A stretch of DNA of 53,123 nt from a virus. Its lineage: Duplodnaviria > Caudoviricetes. Both the position numbers and the translations under genes were made by a program. The notes beneath the pieces are model-generated. The model did no database searches and was not told the origin of the DNA. It was given only the letters and a program-made list of their open reading frames with translations. Position 1 is the first letter of the stretch; the number at the start of each line of letters is the position of its first letter. The stretch lies in the IMG/VR virus record IMGVR_UViG_3300032241_000435, positions 1 to 53,123 of that record; one strand, written 5' to 3'. Of the stretch, positions 37,312 through 46,558 are shown one piece after another.

Positions 37312-38316
37312 TTACAGTAAAACGCTTGCATTCTTTACTGACCATTGCACGAACGCTTTGGTATCCTTGATCTCAGGCTTGCGCTTGATCGAGTCGAGCA
37401 TATACATGACTTGGAACTCCTGTGGCAGTCTGCTTGCATACTCAGTCAATCGATCGAAGTTATCTGCGCTGACACGGTTAGATATCGCACCAGTTAACGC
37501 ATACATGACTGCTTTGTCGGTCGGTACTTCCGCTTTGCTTGGGTTCATAATGATGCCATCGATGTTAGGCAGACTCCTGAAGATACGAAGAAAGCCAGTG
37601 AACTCAGCCGCCGCACCCTCGCCAACAAGTCCTGCGATGTTGCCATAATAGAGATCACTAGGTAGGGTATCGTTGACCTCATTGACCAGTTCCCATGATC
37701 TTGGGGTTGGATTGATACTGCGGTTAGGATCGAAGTCACTCAGTAGGTTTGGTCTGAATCTGATGAACTGAATCAATGGCATCTTGAGATCGGCATCGAT
37801 CGCCCAGTCGCACCAGTCGTCTAGGTTCTCGTCAAACTGTAATGTCTGCATACGATTACCCAGTTTGGTACTCATGCGGTTCGCACCTGACTTGTCTTGG
37901 GTACGATTACCTGTGGCAATGATGAACAGTTTAGGGTGCAACCTGAGCTCACCAGCATAACGATCCAAGATGACTCGACACATGGGATTTTGCATCGGTA
38001 TGGGTGCATCGCTTAACTCCTCGATGAGCAGTGCGCATGGTTGGTCTGTGCCATCGTCTCGAATACGATAGAACTCAGGCATTGGTATCCATTTGGCTAC
38101 GTCTGCCTCGGTACGTGGAACACCCATGATATCGACTGGATCACGAAGAGACGGGTTGAACTCGGTTACACGCTCGGGGTTGATGCCAAGTGTTTTGATA
38201 ATGTCACGACCCAGTGAAGACTTACCACCCCCTGGTTTACCCTCGATATAGGGCACAAGTTTGTTACCAGTTGAAAAGTTAGCAATTACGGATTGCTTGA
38301 TATCGGAATACTTCAT
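37312..38316 (-). CDS. MoxR-like AAA+ ATPase
   Basis: Walker A GKPGGGKS, Walker B LLIEE, IATGNR, NR finger, TPRSW. Confidence 0.9.
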   Translation of the reverse strand: MKYSDIKQSVIANFSTGNKLVPYIEGKPGGGKSSLGRDIIKTLGINPERVTEFNPSLRDPVDIMGVPRTEADVAKWIPMPEFYRIRDDGTDQPCALLIEELSDAPIPMQNPMCRVILDRYAGELRLHPKLFIIATGNRTQDKSGANRMSTKLGNRMQTLQFDENLDDWCDWAIDADLKMPLIQFIRFRPNLLSDFDPNRSINPTPRSWELVNEVNDTLPSDLYYGNIAGLVGEGAAAEFTGFLRIFRSLPNIDGIIMNPSKAEVPTDKAVMYALTGAISNRVSADNFDRLTEYASRLPQEFQVMYMLDSIKRKPEIKDTKAFVQWSVKNASVLL

Positions 38317-38395
38317 GTGATTTCCTTAAATGTTGAAGTTATGATAGGTTTATTTACTAAGTGACGAGCTCATCGTGTGAGCTTCTTGTTATTGT

Positions 38396-38698
38396 TTACA
38401 TCTCCCATCTGCGGAACATTCGGCATGGTGCGTCATAGTCCAAAGATGTTGAGGTGAATCGGATTTCCTCCCATGTCGGGATTCTTGCTTTCAGTGCCTC
38501 GATAAAGATACCTGCGTCACAGTCTTCTTCCAAGAACACACGCTCTCCACGTATGTATGAGTAACGTGATATCTTATCTTGGATATTTAGCGCATATATT
38601 TCATCTAAGCTGACCTCTAACCACGCATGGCCTGGATCACTGATCCAGTTATAGGTTAAAGTATTCTTTGTTGGCATATGTGTTGCGTTGGTTGTCAT
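38396..38698 (-). CDS. hypothetical protein
   Basis: GGAGG RBS; DPGHAWLEV...ISRYSY...LEEDCDA. Confidence 0.8.
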   Translation of the reverse strand: MTTNATHMPTKNTLTYNWISDPGHAWLEVSLDEIYALNIQDKISRYSYIRGERVFLEEDCDAGIFIEALKARIPTWEEIRFTSTSLDYDAPCRMFRRWEM

Positions 38699-38699
38699 A

Positions 38700-38876
38700 T
38701 TATTTTCCTCCTGTTGATTCGAGTAACATTCCTCCGATGACACCACCGAAGAACACCAAGGCTTGCGCCAAGTAATACCCTCCGATGAATGATCCGCCTG
38801 TGTATATCGCTGTGCACATGACAGCGGTTGCTAAGATAACCATATGATCTCTGTTGATGTTGTCATAGAATTTCAT
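38700..38876 (-). CDS. small two-TM membrane protein (58 aa), not in ORF track
   Basis: AGGAGG RBS; MKFYDNINRDHMVILATAVMCTAIYTGG... Confidence 0.7.
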   Translation of the reverse strand: MKFYDNINRDHMVILATAVMCTAIYTGGSFIGGYYLAQALVFFGGVIGGMLLESTGGK

Positions 38877-39091
38877 TTGAACAGTCCTCCTTTGTTGTTG
38901 ATGCCTTTTAAATCCTCGGGATCGGTGATGAGTAGGTAGTTACTCTTGTGCATGGGCACGATGGTTCGCTTGGTTCTACTGGCTACCTTGTCTCCACATC
39001 CCATACAGATGGGACGCATTGCCCTCGCTCGGTGTGGTTCCACACGAACTGCATAGCATTCGGTACATATAGGTAGATAGTTCTCATTCAT
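38873..39091 (-). CDS. small zinc-finger protein
   Basis: CTEC...CMGC, VPMHKSNY. Confidence 0.75.
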   Translation of the reverse strand: MNENYLPICTECYAVRVEPHRARAMRPICMGCGDKVASRTKRTIVPMHKSNYLLITDPEDLKGINNKGGLFK

Positions 39092-39267
39092 AGTAGCCAG
39101 CCTCTTGTGTATGTTCTGGGTTGATTCCTTCCAACGATGACGGTTCGGGTCGGTTGGAGTTCGGTGAGTAGTGAATAGGGGCCAACAACGTCTCCTCTAA
39201 ATGGTACAACTGTGTTGGTTTTGAGTTGTTGTGTATGTAATCCAGTAATTAAGTGAGTGCGTTTCAT
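39088..39267 (-). CDS. hypothetical protein
   Basis: ATGA-coupled at both ends. Confidence 0.6.
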   Translation of the reverse strand: MKRTHLITGLHTQQLKTNTVVPFRGDVVGPYSLLTELQPTRTVIVGRNQPRTYTRGWLL

Positions 39268-39458
39268 ATGTAGTCTTTCCATGATAGGTTTTTGTTGGGC
39301 ATCGCCATTTGATCGAGATACCAATTGATGGACATCTCTGCATCGGAATCCAAGGTTGGATCGTTGTCGATGAACGGGCATTCGTACTCTTCATAATCCA
39401 CATCTGTATATACAGAGTCGATGGACTTGGTGGTTGTGAGCATTAAACGTATTGACAT
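39264..39458 (-). CDS. small acidic protein
   Basis: AAGGAG RBS before ATG 39458. Confidence 0.68.
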   Translation of the reverse strand: MSIRLMLTTTKSIDSVYTDVDYEEYECPFIDNDPTLDSDAEMSINWYLDQMAMPNKNLSWKDYI

Positions 39459-39550
39459 ACTTGACTCCTTTAGTAAGTTAATTGACAAGCGGAAAACAGA
39501 GTTGTATACTCCTGCTTATGCAGGAGTGAGATACAAGGTTTTGGAGAGGT

Positions 39551-39881
39551 GAATATTCCAGTGAAAATTGATGCGGAATATTCATGTGAGTGGTTACTTA
39601 CTTGGAAACGTAATAACCATGCGGGTTTCGGAAAATCAGAAAACGAATATTCCAATATTCCAAGTTTTGAAAAGGGTCAGACGGGTTTTGAGATTGTTAG
39701 ATTTATACGTATGTTATGTTCTCATAAAACACTTCATGCCATGTAACTCTCAAACCTTTCTGATACTATATTTATATGGAATATTGGAATATTGGAATAT
39801 TCTAGTTAATAAACCTAATGGAATCAATAACTTATGAATATTCCAATCCATATTCCTTCCGAGCACCTTGGAATATTCCAA
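39551..39881. repeat. GGAATATT/AATATTCC iteron array, putative replication origin
   Basis: About ten copies, including a tandem x3 at 39777-39803 and palindrome TTGGAATATTCCAA at 39868-39881; AT-rich intergenic gap. Confidence 0.7.
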
Positions 39882-40280
39882 TCAAGCCTCAATGACGTCA
39901 CCAGTTGATGCAATACGCTCAACGATTCCATACACAAAAGCCTTTTGACCTTTCAATTCCTTACCCTTTTGGCGTACGAGAAACGTGACGCTAGTGCACA
40001 GGTTAAATAATACTTCCTTGGAAACAGGGCCTGATTGTGGAACTTGACCTTGCAAGAGGATTGCACCTTCCTTGCCAACTAAACCACAGTTGAGAATGTC
40101 CTCAACTACTGGACGATATTGTCCATTACCTAACCATTTAGCGTAAAGTGCCTGACCCATTGCGAGTCGAGTGTCACGAGATGCGAAAGCGATTGCACGA
40201 GCAAATGATCCAGTCTTGCCAGTTTTGGCAGACAAAACAACTTGACCATTACCTTCAACGAGAGCGATTGCGTTATCCAT
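39882..40280 (-). CDS. hypothetical protein, first gene of early operon
   Basis: AAGGA RBS before ATG 40280 (MDNAIALVEG). Confidence 0.8.
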   Translation of the reverse strand: MDNAIALVEGNGQVVLSAKTGKTGSFARAIAFASRDTRLAMGQALYAKWLGNGQYRPVVEDILNCGLVGKEGAILLQGQVPQSGPVSKEVLFNLCTSVTFLVRQKGKELKGQKAFVYGIVERIASTGDVIEA

Positions 40281-40348
40281 GATAAATCCTTTGTGAGTTA
40301 ATAAGTTAAAGAGACATGATGTGCACCGATTCACGATACACAATAATG

Positions 40349-40560
40349 TCCCCTATTTCTAGGGGATTTTCTAATTTGCACACGATACTTATCGTGCGAC
40401 CTCGGCTTACGTGGATTCTTACCCGTTAAACCGTTACAGTCCCGTTTACTCTTGCGAGTGCCACGCTAATATGGCGGGTTTGACGTGAGACTAGCTCCCG
40501 TATGATTGTTACTCACGCTAGCTTGATACTCGTGAGATGGCTCGTGCTTGATGGATTGCT
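40349..40560 (-). ncRNA. putative structured early leader RNA
   Basis: Hairpins 40349-40366, 40378-40397, 40512-40536; three-way junction with GCAA tetraloop 40441-40478. Confidence 0.45.
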
Positions 40561-40591
40561 AGCCCATTGTTGCCTAAGTGATTACAGTCTT

Positions 40592-40740
40592 AAATTTTGA
40601 ATGAACGGTCTCGCATTAGAATTTTGATATGTGCCCACCATGAAACCGATAGCTCACGCCATGACTTCGATAGTAGTACCAAAGAACTAATGTTACTTGT
40701 TAAAGATCAGAGACTGTAGACAATGCGATGACTGCCTACA
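40592..40740 (-). promoter_or_regulatory. antitermination-like leader: hairpin plus two boxA-like elements
   Basis: TGTAGGCAG/TTGTCTACA hairpin 40715-40740; TGATCTTTAACAA 40709-40697; CGTTCATTCAAAATTT 40607-40592. Confidence 0.6.
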
Positions 40741-40881
40741 CTAATGGTTTTGACCCGACAAGGACGAGAGGGGAGAGGGGGAGGACACCACGAATTGGAC
40801 CCCACCCCCATGTCCACCCATCTCATAAATAACAAGGTCTAATTTTTACTATATACATACATTCGCCACAACATTAGACAT

Positions 40882-40903
40882 AAAAAAGCCCACCGAAGTG
40901 GGC
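40882..40903 (-). terminator. intrinsic terminator
   Basis: GCCCAC-TTCG-GTGGGC then T6. Confidence 0.85.
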
Positions 40904-40923
40904 CTCGCATACATCAAAAAGAT

Positions 40924-41181
40924 TTAAGCAGCAGGTGTTGCAGTAGCGTCAGCAGTTGCAACCACAGCAGGAGCTGGAGTCACAGGAGCAGTAGCATCCG
41001 CAGTTGGAGCCACAGGTGTAGCTACAGGAGCAGCTGGAGTAGTATCAATAGTAACGGGGGCTGGCGCTGGAACTGGAGCTTGAGCAGCTTCCAAGTTTTC
41101 AATCTTTGTAAGAATGTCTTGGCGGAAATTGTGGAACTCGTGGATGAACGTGCGCAGTTCATGAATAATGGTATCGAACAT
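40924..41181 (-). CDS. small protein with Ala/Pro/Thr-rich tail
   Basis: AGGAG RBS, own terminator. Confidence 0.75.
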   Translation of the reverse strand: MFDTIIHELRTFIHEFHNFRQDILTKIENLEAAQAPVPAPAPVTIDTTPAAPVATPVAPTADATAPVTPAPAVVATADATATPAA

Positions 41182-41310
41182 GAAAATCTCCTAAAGGTTA
41201 AAGTGACGCAGTAAAACTGCGTGTGTATGATAATATAGTTTTGTTGCAAATGCTTGACTTTTACGTTCAGTAAACTAATATACACAAACCATTTAACCAA
41301 AGGAGACAAA

Positions 41311-41535
41311 ATGGCAACCGATCTGAAGAAAATTTTCAAAGGCAAAGAGACAAAGAAAGAAGAGATGACCGAGGCCAAAGACCTCAAAAAAGGCATGATC
41401 TCTAAGAAACAGTATGTCAAAGGTGAGAAGGGTGAAGGCGAAAAAGCTTCTACCAAGTCACTCATGAAAGAAGCTACAAAGATTAAGTCAGGTAAAGAAT
41501 CTCCCATGGCATACGCCAAGAAAGGTATGAAGTAA
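41311..41535 (+). CDS. Lys-rich small protein
   Basis: AAGGAG RBS before ATG 41311. Confidence 0.78.
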   Translation: MATDLKKIFKGKETKKEEMTEAKDLKKGMISKKQYVKGEKGEGEKASTKSLMKEATKIKSGKESPMAYAKKGMK

Positions 41536-41717
41536 TGGCTACCAAAAATTGGATCGCTGGTGCGACTAAAAACAAAGGCGCCCTTCACAAAGCTCTTGGA
41601 GTACCCGAAGGAGAAAAGATTCCAGCAAAAAAGCTCAGCAAAGCGGCTGGAGAAAAAGGCAAGATTGGAAAAGAAGCCCGTCTAGCCGAGACGCTTAAAT
41701 CTTTGAAAAAGAAATAA
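41535..41717 (+). CDS. Lys-rich small phage protein
   Basis: KNWIAGA.K.KGALHKALGVP.GEKIP...ARLAETLK; TAATG coupling. Confidence 0.8.
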   Translation: MATKNWIAGATKNKGALHKALGVPEGEKIPAKKLSKAAGEKGKIGKEARLAETLKSLKKK

Positions 41718-41719
41718 TC

Positions 41720-41965
41720 ATGGCGTCTACTCCTGCATGGCAACGCAAGGAAGGGAAGAATCCGAACGGCGGCTTAAACGCCAAAGGTCGAGCATCCGCA
41801 AAGAAGGAGGGGATGAATTTAAAGCCTCCACAACCAGAGGGCGGATCAAGGAAAGATTCTTTTTGTGCAAGGATGGAAGGAATGAAAAAGAAACTGACAT
41901 CCGAGAAAACAGCTAAAGACCCTAATAGTCGGATTAACAAATCTCTTAGAGCATGGAAGTGTTAA
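41720..41965 (+). CDS. DUF6321-like basic protein
   Basis: AWQRKEGKNP.GGLNAKGRAS...SFCARM...DPNSRINKSLRAWKC. Confidence 0.8.
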   Translation: MASTPAWQRKEGKNPNGGLNAKGRASAKKEGMNLKPPQPEGGSRKDSFCARMEGMKKKLTSEKTAKDPNSRINKSLRAWKC

Positions 41966-41967
41966 TC

Positions 41968-42126
41968 ATGAAAGACGGACTTTATGCGAACATCCATCGA
42001 AAGCAAGAGCGTATAAAACGTGAGAAGGCTGAAGGAAAGCCTGTGGAGAAAATGCGCAAGGTGGGCTCAAAAGGTGCACCGACTGCACAAGCGTTTAAAC
42101 AATCTGCAAACACTGCTAAAAAATGA
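41968..42126 (+). CDS. basic small protein (52 aa), not in ORF track
   Basis: MKDGLYANIHRKQERI...MRKVGSKGAPTAQAFKQSANTAKK. Confidence 0.8.
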   Translation: MKDGLYANIHRKQERIKREKAEGKPVEKMRKVGSKGAPTAQAFKQSANTAKK

Positions 42127-42260
42127 AACGATATAATTTTTACCTGCCCGAGCCACTGATCGTGGCACTACGCAAACACGCTGAAGAAACTGGACTTACC
42201 ATGTCTGAGTTGATGAGGCGTGCATTGTCTTCTTACATCAAAGACTTGAACAAAGAATGA
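42123..42260 (+). CDS. ribbon-helix-helix (CopG-like) regulator (45 aa), not in ORF track
   Basis: MKRYNFYLPEPLIVALRKHAEETGLTMSELMRRALSSYI; ATGA overlaps both sides. Confidence 0.82.
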   Translation: MKRYNFYLPEPLIVALRKHAEETGLTMSELMRRALSSYIKDLNKE

Positions 42261-42736
42261 GCGAAGACTTAACTGAATTTGCAGACTACCGAGAATTTGC
42301 TTTGCCTGATGTTTCATCAGAGCCGCATGTGACTTTAAACATACCACCGCAACTTGTGTGGGAGTGTGCTGCGGGTTTAGAAGACCCAGTGGCGATAGCA
42401 CGTAGGTTCAATCTATCTGATGAGCAGTGGGCAAGGCTCTCTCAGTGGCCTGCGTTCATTAATGCAGTGCAAGCGCAGCGTGCTCAGTTTGAGCGTGAAG
42501 GAATGACATTCAGATTGAAAGCCAGTCTCATGGCAGATGAAGTCATGGATGGATTGTTTAAGCAGACCATATCGTTGGATAGCACGATCAGTCAAAAGCT
42601 CTCGGTGCTCAACACACTCGTTGACATTGCAGGGATCAAGAATACAAAGAAGGAGGATGCATCGAACGCAGCTCCTAAGTTCAGTATAACAATCAACATA
42701 CCCCAAGGCACACAGCCTTTAACCATAGATGGCTAA
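42257..42736 (+). CDS. terminase small subunit (putative)
   Basis: Directly upstream of TerL; HTH-like IARRFNLS; C-terminal FSITINIP strand. Confidence 0.65.
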   Translation: MSEDLTEFADYREFALPDVSSEPHVTLNIPPQLVWECAAGLEDPVAIARRFNLSDEQWARLSQWPAFINAVQAQRAQFEREGMTFRLKASLMADEVMDGLFKQTISLDSTISQKLSVLNTLVDIAGIKNTKKEDASNAAPKFSITINIPQGTQPLTIDG

Positions 42737-44129
42737 CCTAGTTTACACACCGAGTCCATCGGTTGTACCGTTTCTCACAAGCACTAAGTTTGCTAACTTC
42801 ATCGTAGGGCCAGTAGGTTCTACAAAAACAACTGCGTCACTCATAAAGATTGGTTATGAGGCCAAACAAGTTAAGGCTTGTAGTGATGGCATAAGGCGCA
42901 GCAGATGCGCAGTTATTCGTAACACGAGACAGATGCTTTGGGATACGACAATCCCTGACTTTATCAAATGGTTCCCAGACCAAGAGGCGGGGATACTTGA
43001 GAAAACGAACTCAAGATTTATTTTGAAGTTTGATGATGTCGAGTGTGAAGTATTGTTCAGGGGACTCGATGATGCCAACGATGTGAGACGTTTGCTGTCT
43101 TTGCAGTTGACCTTTGGTGTCATGGACGAGTTTCGTGAGATAAACCCTGATATTTACAACGCACTGACGGGTCGTCTAGGGAGATACCCTGATAAAACGA
43201 TGAACGGGGTCGGGGCGTGTAACGATGCAGGAGATCAAGTTCATAAAGCATGGGGAGCAACTAACCCACCCGATGCAGATACGTTTTGGGAAAAGATGCT
43301 CACAGAGCCAGCAAAAAATATGCATGTGACGATACAGCCATCAGGACTATCGCAAGAAGCTGACTGGATTGAATTCTTACCCGATGGGTACTATGAGAAT
43401 TTGTGTGAAGGCAAGTCGGAAGATTGGATTGATGTATACGTACATGGCAAGTTTGGCAAGAGTTTAAGTGGTCAACCTGTGTTCAGATCATTTGAAAAAG
43501 ATATCCATGTTGCTCCAAAACCACTACAATACATAAAATTATCAACACACCCATTGATTATCGGGATGGACTTTGGTTTAACTCCAGCATGTACGGTCAA
43601 TCAAATTGACATGCATGGAAGACTATTGACATTCGCAGACCTTGTGTCGGATGGCATGGGAGTGTTAAGATTCAGTCGAGAGAAGCTAAAACCCATGCTG
43701 GCTAATCGTTTTCCTGGGATGAATGTGTTAATTATTGGCGATCCCGCTGGTACACAAAGAGCCCAGACAGACGAGAAAAGCGTGTTCGATATTTTGAAAG
43801 CTGAAGGCTTCAGAGTCATTTCAGCAAAGTCAAACAATATCGTGGCTCGTGTCAATGCAGTGGACAAGTTTCTCACACGAACCATAGACGGAAAACCTGG
43901 TCATTTGATCGATCCATCATGTGTACATTTAATTGCTGCACTAAGAGGAGGATATAGGTATAAAATCCGTCAAAATGGGGAGGCTGATGATAAGCCCGAA
44001 AAAAATCAATATTCACACATTGCTGATGCACATCAGTACGCTTGTTTACATGCAGATGGAAATGTAACAGGTGACGCATGGCAAAAGAAAGCAGTGGTAG
44101 TCCAAAAATCTTCTTACGTCTGGAACTGA
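42729..44129 (+). CDS. terL: terminase large subunit
   Basis: GPVGSTKT, VMDE, ATNPP, GMDFGLTP, SHIADA. Confidence 0.93.
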   Translation: MANLVYTPSPSVVPFLTSTKFANFIVGPVGSTKTTASLIKIGYEAKQVKACSDGIRRSRCAVIRNTRQMLWDTTIPDFIKWFPDQEAGILEKTNSRFILKFDDVECEVLFRGLDDANDVRRLLSLQLTFGVMDEFREINPDIYNALTGRLGRYPDKTMNGVGACNDAGDQVHKAWGATNPPDADTFWEKMLTEPAKNMHVTIQPSGLSQEADWIEFLPDGYYENLCEGKSEDWIDVYVHGKFGKSLSGQPVFRSFEKDIHVAPKPLQYIKLSTHPLIIGMDFGLTPACTVNQIDMHGRLLTFADLVSDGMGVLRFSREKLKPMLANRFPGMNVLIIGDPAGTQRAQTDEKSVFDILKAEGFRVISAKSNNIVARVNAVDKFLTRTIDGKPGHLIDPSCVHLIAALRGGYRYKIRQNGEADDKPEKNQYSHIADAHQYACLHADGNVTGDAWQKKAVVVQKSSYVWN

Positions 44130-44130
44130 A

Positions 44131-46266
44131 ATGCAATTAGGCTTGAACATTACGAATTCCGCAGCGCCCGACAGCATTATGACTGGCGGGATGGTAAGGA
44201 TTAAGTCTATCAAAGCCTTGCAAAGAGAAGAGAAAGCTCAAGCTGAAAAAGACAACAGCGATCCGATCGTTAGAAGTTTAGCTGGTTATGTCAAGACAAA
44301 GTGGACAGCAGCAATGCTGGCTAAGCAGCAGACAGCCGAGCAACAAATGTTGCAAAGCGTACGTCAACGCAGAGGCGAGTACGATCCCGATAAATTAGCA
44401 CAGTTGCGTGAGCAAGGAAGCTCAACGATCTACATGATGTTGACTTCAAATAAATGTCGTGCTGCTGTGAGCTGGCTGAAAGATACCTTATTGCAAGCAG
44501 CCGAGGATAAACCTTGGTCGATCGAGCCTAGTCCCATACCTGAGTTGCCACCTAACGAGGTTGAGGGTTTGATCCAACAAGCTGAAAAAGAAATTCAACA
44601 GCTGTACATGAACGGCACACCTCCTACAGATCAGCAGGTCAGAGAACGTTTGCTTGAGATGAAAGACATGGCGATGTCTCACATGAAAGACCTCGCACAA
44701 CGTACATGCGACCGCATGGAAGTAAAGATGGAAGACCAGTTGCAACAAGGCGGCTGGGAAAAAGCATTCTCTGAATTCCTAGAAGATTTAGTGACCTTCC
44801 CTGCGGCGATCATGAAAGGGCCTATCGTTCGCAAACGTCCCAGAATGAAATGGGTTCCAGATGGTAAAGGTGACTATGCACTTGATGTGCAAGATGAGCT
44901 GGTTCTCGAGTGGGAGCGTGTTGATCCATTTAACTTATACCCAGCTGCCGATTCGAGCTATATTGATGATGGATACTTAATCCAAAGGCATAAGCTTCAC
45001 AAGCAAGACTTGCAAGCGCTGATTGGCGTTGAAGGTTATAGCGATGGTGCTATCCGTGGTGTGTTAGATGATTACGGTCGCCAAGGTTTGCGTGACTGGA
45101 TTTATGTGGATATGAACAAGGCTGCGGCTGAGGGCAAGTCCACAATGGGCGTTCAGCAAAATCCATCAGAATTAATCGATGCGCTTCAGTTTTGGGGCAG
45201 TATTCATGGTCAGCTTCTGCTTGACTGGGGTATGAGCGAGGAAGAGATTCCTGATCCATTGCTCGATTACGATGTTGAAGTTTGGACAGTTGGAAACTGG
45301 GTTATTAAAGCAGTCTTGAATTCAGACCCCATGGGTCGTAAACCTTATTACAAAGCATCCTACGAAGAGGTTCCTGGCACTTTTTGGGGTAATTCAATAT
45401 GTGACCTAGCACGTGACACTCAAGACATCTGTAACGCTGCCGCCCGTTCTTTGGTCAATAACTTGTCCATCGCTTCTGGCCCTCAAGTCGTTTACAACAT
45501 TGATCGTTTGCCACAAGGCGAGAACTTGACCCAGATGTTCCCATGGAAAATTTGGCAAGTTACTTCTGACCCATTGGCAGGTTCAGCACCTCCTATGCAG
45601 TTCTTCCAGCCAGAGTCTCTTGCACAAGAGCTCATGGCGGTCTATGACAAGTTTTCTGTTCTGGCTGATGAGTACACAGGTATTCCTCGTTATATGACTG
45701 GGGATGGCGCTGCAGGAGGTGCAGGACGTACTGCTTCAGGTATGTCCATGCTCATGGGTAATGCTGGTAAATCTATCAAGCAAGTCGTATCGAATATCGA
45801 TAAGAATGTAACTCAGCCTTTGATCGATAGATTGTTTTTCTATAACATGAAGTACAGCGATGATCCCGATCTTAAAGGCGATGTCAATATTCGTGCTCAT
45901 GGCGCTGAAGCCATTATGCTCAAAGAGCAAGCTCAGCAACGTCAAGCTCAGTTCTTGCAGTTGGCTCTCCAAAGTCCGATTGTTCAACAAGTTGTCGGTA
46001 TGGACGGAATTGCAGAATTGCTCCGTCAGTCAGCTAAGAACCTTGAACTTAACCCTGATAGAATCGTTCCGCCTGTTGAAGTTATCAAGCAAAAGATGGC
46101 CCAACAGCAACAAGCACAAGCCATGGCTGCGATGCAAGCTGCGGCACAACAGAGTGGTCAGGCACAGGCGGGGGGAACCCCTCCTACCCCACAAAGCGGG
46201 GCTCAATTGATGAATGGAGCCCCAGTTACTAACACATTCGCTTCGCAAGAGGGAATAGCTAGTTGA
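44131..46266 (+). CDS. portal protein
   Basis: 711 aa after TerL; RTASGMSML; Gln-rich C-terminal barrel. Confidence 0.88.
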   Translation: MQLGLNITNSAAPDSIMTGGMVRIKSIKALQREEKAQAEKDNSDPIVRSLAGYVKTKWTAAMLAKQQTAEQQMLQSVRQRRGEYDPDKLAQLREQGSSTIYMMLTSNKCRAAVSWLKDTLLQAAEDKPWSIEPSPIPELPPNEVEGLIQQAEKEIQQLYMNGTPPTDQQVRERLLEMKDMAMSHMKDLAQRTCDRMEVKMEDQLQQGGWEKAFSEFLEDLVTFPAAIMKGPIVRKRPRMKWVPDGKGDYALDVQDELVLEWERVDPFNLYPAADSSYIDDGYLIQRHKLHKQDLQALIGVEGYSDGAIRGVLDDYGRQGLRDWIYVDMNKAAAEGKSTMGVQQNPSELIDALQFWGSIHGQLLLDWGMSEEEIPDPLLDYDVEVWTVGNWVIKAVLNSDPMGRKPYYKASYEEVPGTFWGNSICDLARDTQDICNAAARSLVNNLSIASGPQVVYNIDRLPQGENLTQMFPWKIWQVTSDPLAGSAPPMQFFQPESLAQELMAVYDKFSVLADEYTGIPRYMTGDGAAGGAGRTASGMSMLMGNAGKSIKQVVSNIDKNVTQPLIDRLFFYNMKYSDDPDLKGDVNIRAHGAEAIMLKEQAQQRQAQFLQLALQSPIVQQVVGMDGIAELLRQSAKNLELNPDRIVPPVEVIKQKMAQQQQAQAMAAMQAAAQQSGQAQAGGTPPTPQSGAQLMNGAPVTNTFASQEGIAS

Positions 46267-46292
46267 CAAAGTTCATTCATCGTAGATAATCT
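46263..46292 (+). promoter_or_regulatory. sigma70-like promoter for head genes
   Basis: TTGACA-N16-GATAAT (or N18-TAATCT). Confidence 0.55.
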
Positions 46293-46315
46293 AACCCAAG
46301 CTATAGGAGATTTCC

Positions 46316-46558
46316 ATGAAAGTCGAAGATAAAAAAGGTTTTACCGAAAAAAATGACGGTTCTGGCGAATATAAAGCCATGCGCCGCAATGAAGGCGAAG
46401 GTAAAGAATACAGCCAAGAAACTTTAGGCGGTGAAATGTCTAAAGGCCCCAAAGAGCAGGGCACTGGCGGTGATGACGGCAATATTTTTGAACTTGGTAA
46501 GCGTGGCGGAAAAGAATTCGCTATGGAAGAAGCCAAGTACGAAGGAATGTGCAAGTAA
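46316..46558 (+). CDS. small Gly/Glu/Lys-rich protein
   Basis: AGGAG RBS. Confidence 0.75.
   Translation: MKVEDKKGFTEKNDGSGEYKAMRRNEGEGKEYSQETLGGEMSKGPKEQGTGGDDGNIFELGKRGGKEFAMEEAKYEGMCK

Noticed and set aside
39470-39837. Short ORFs across the iteron region
   Set aside because: Translations simply mirror the DNA repeats and lack convincing RBSs.
39551-39881. CRISPR array
   Set aside because: Repeats are only 8-14 bp with irregular spacing and mixed orientation.
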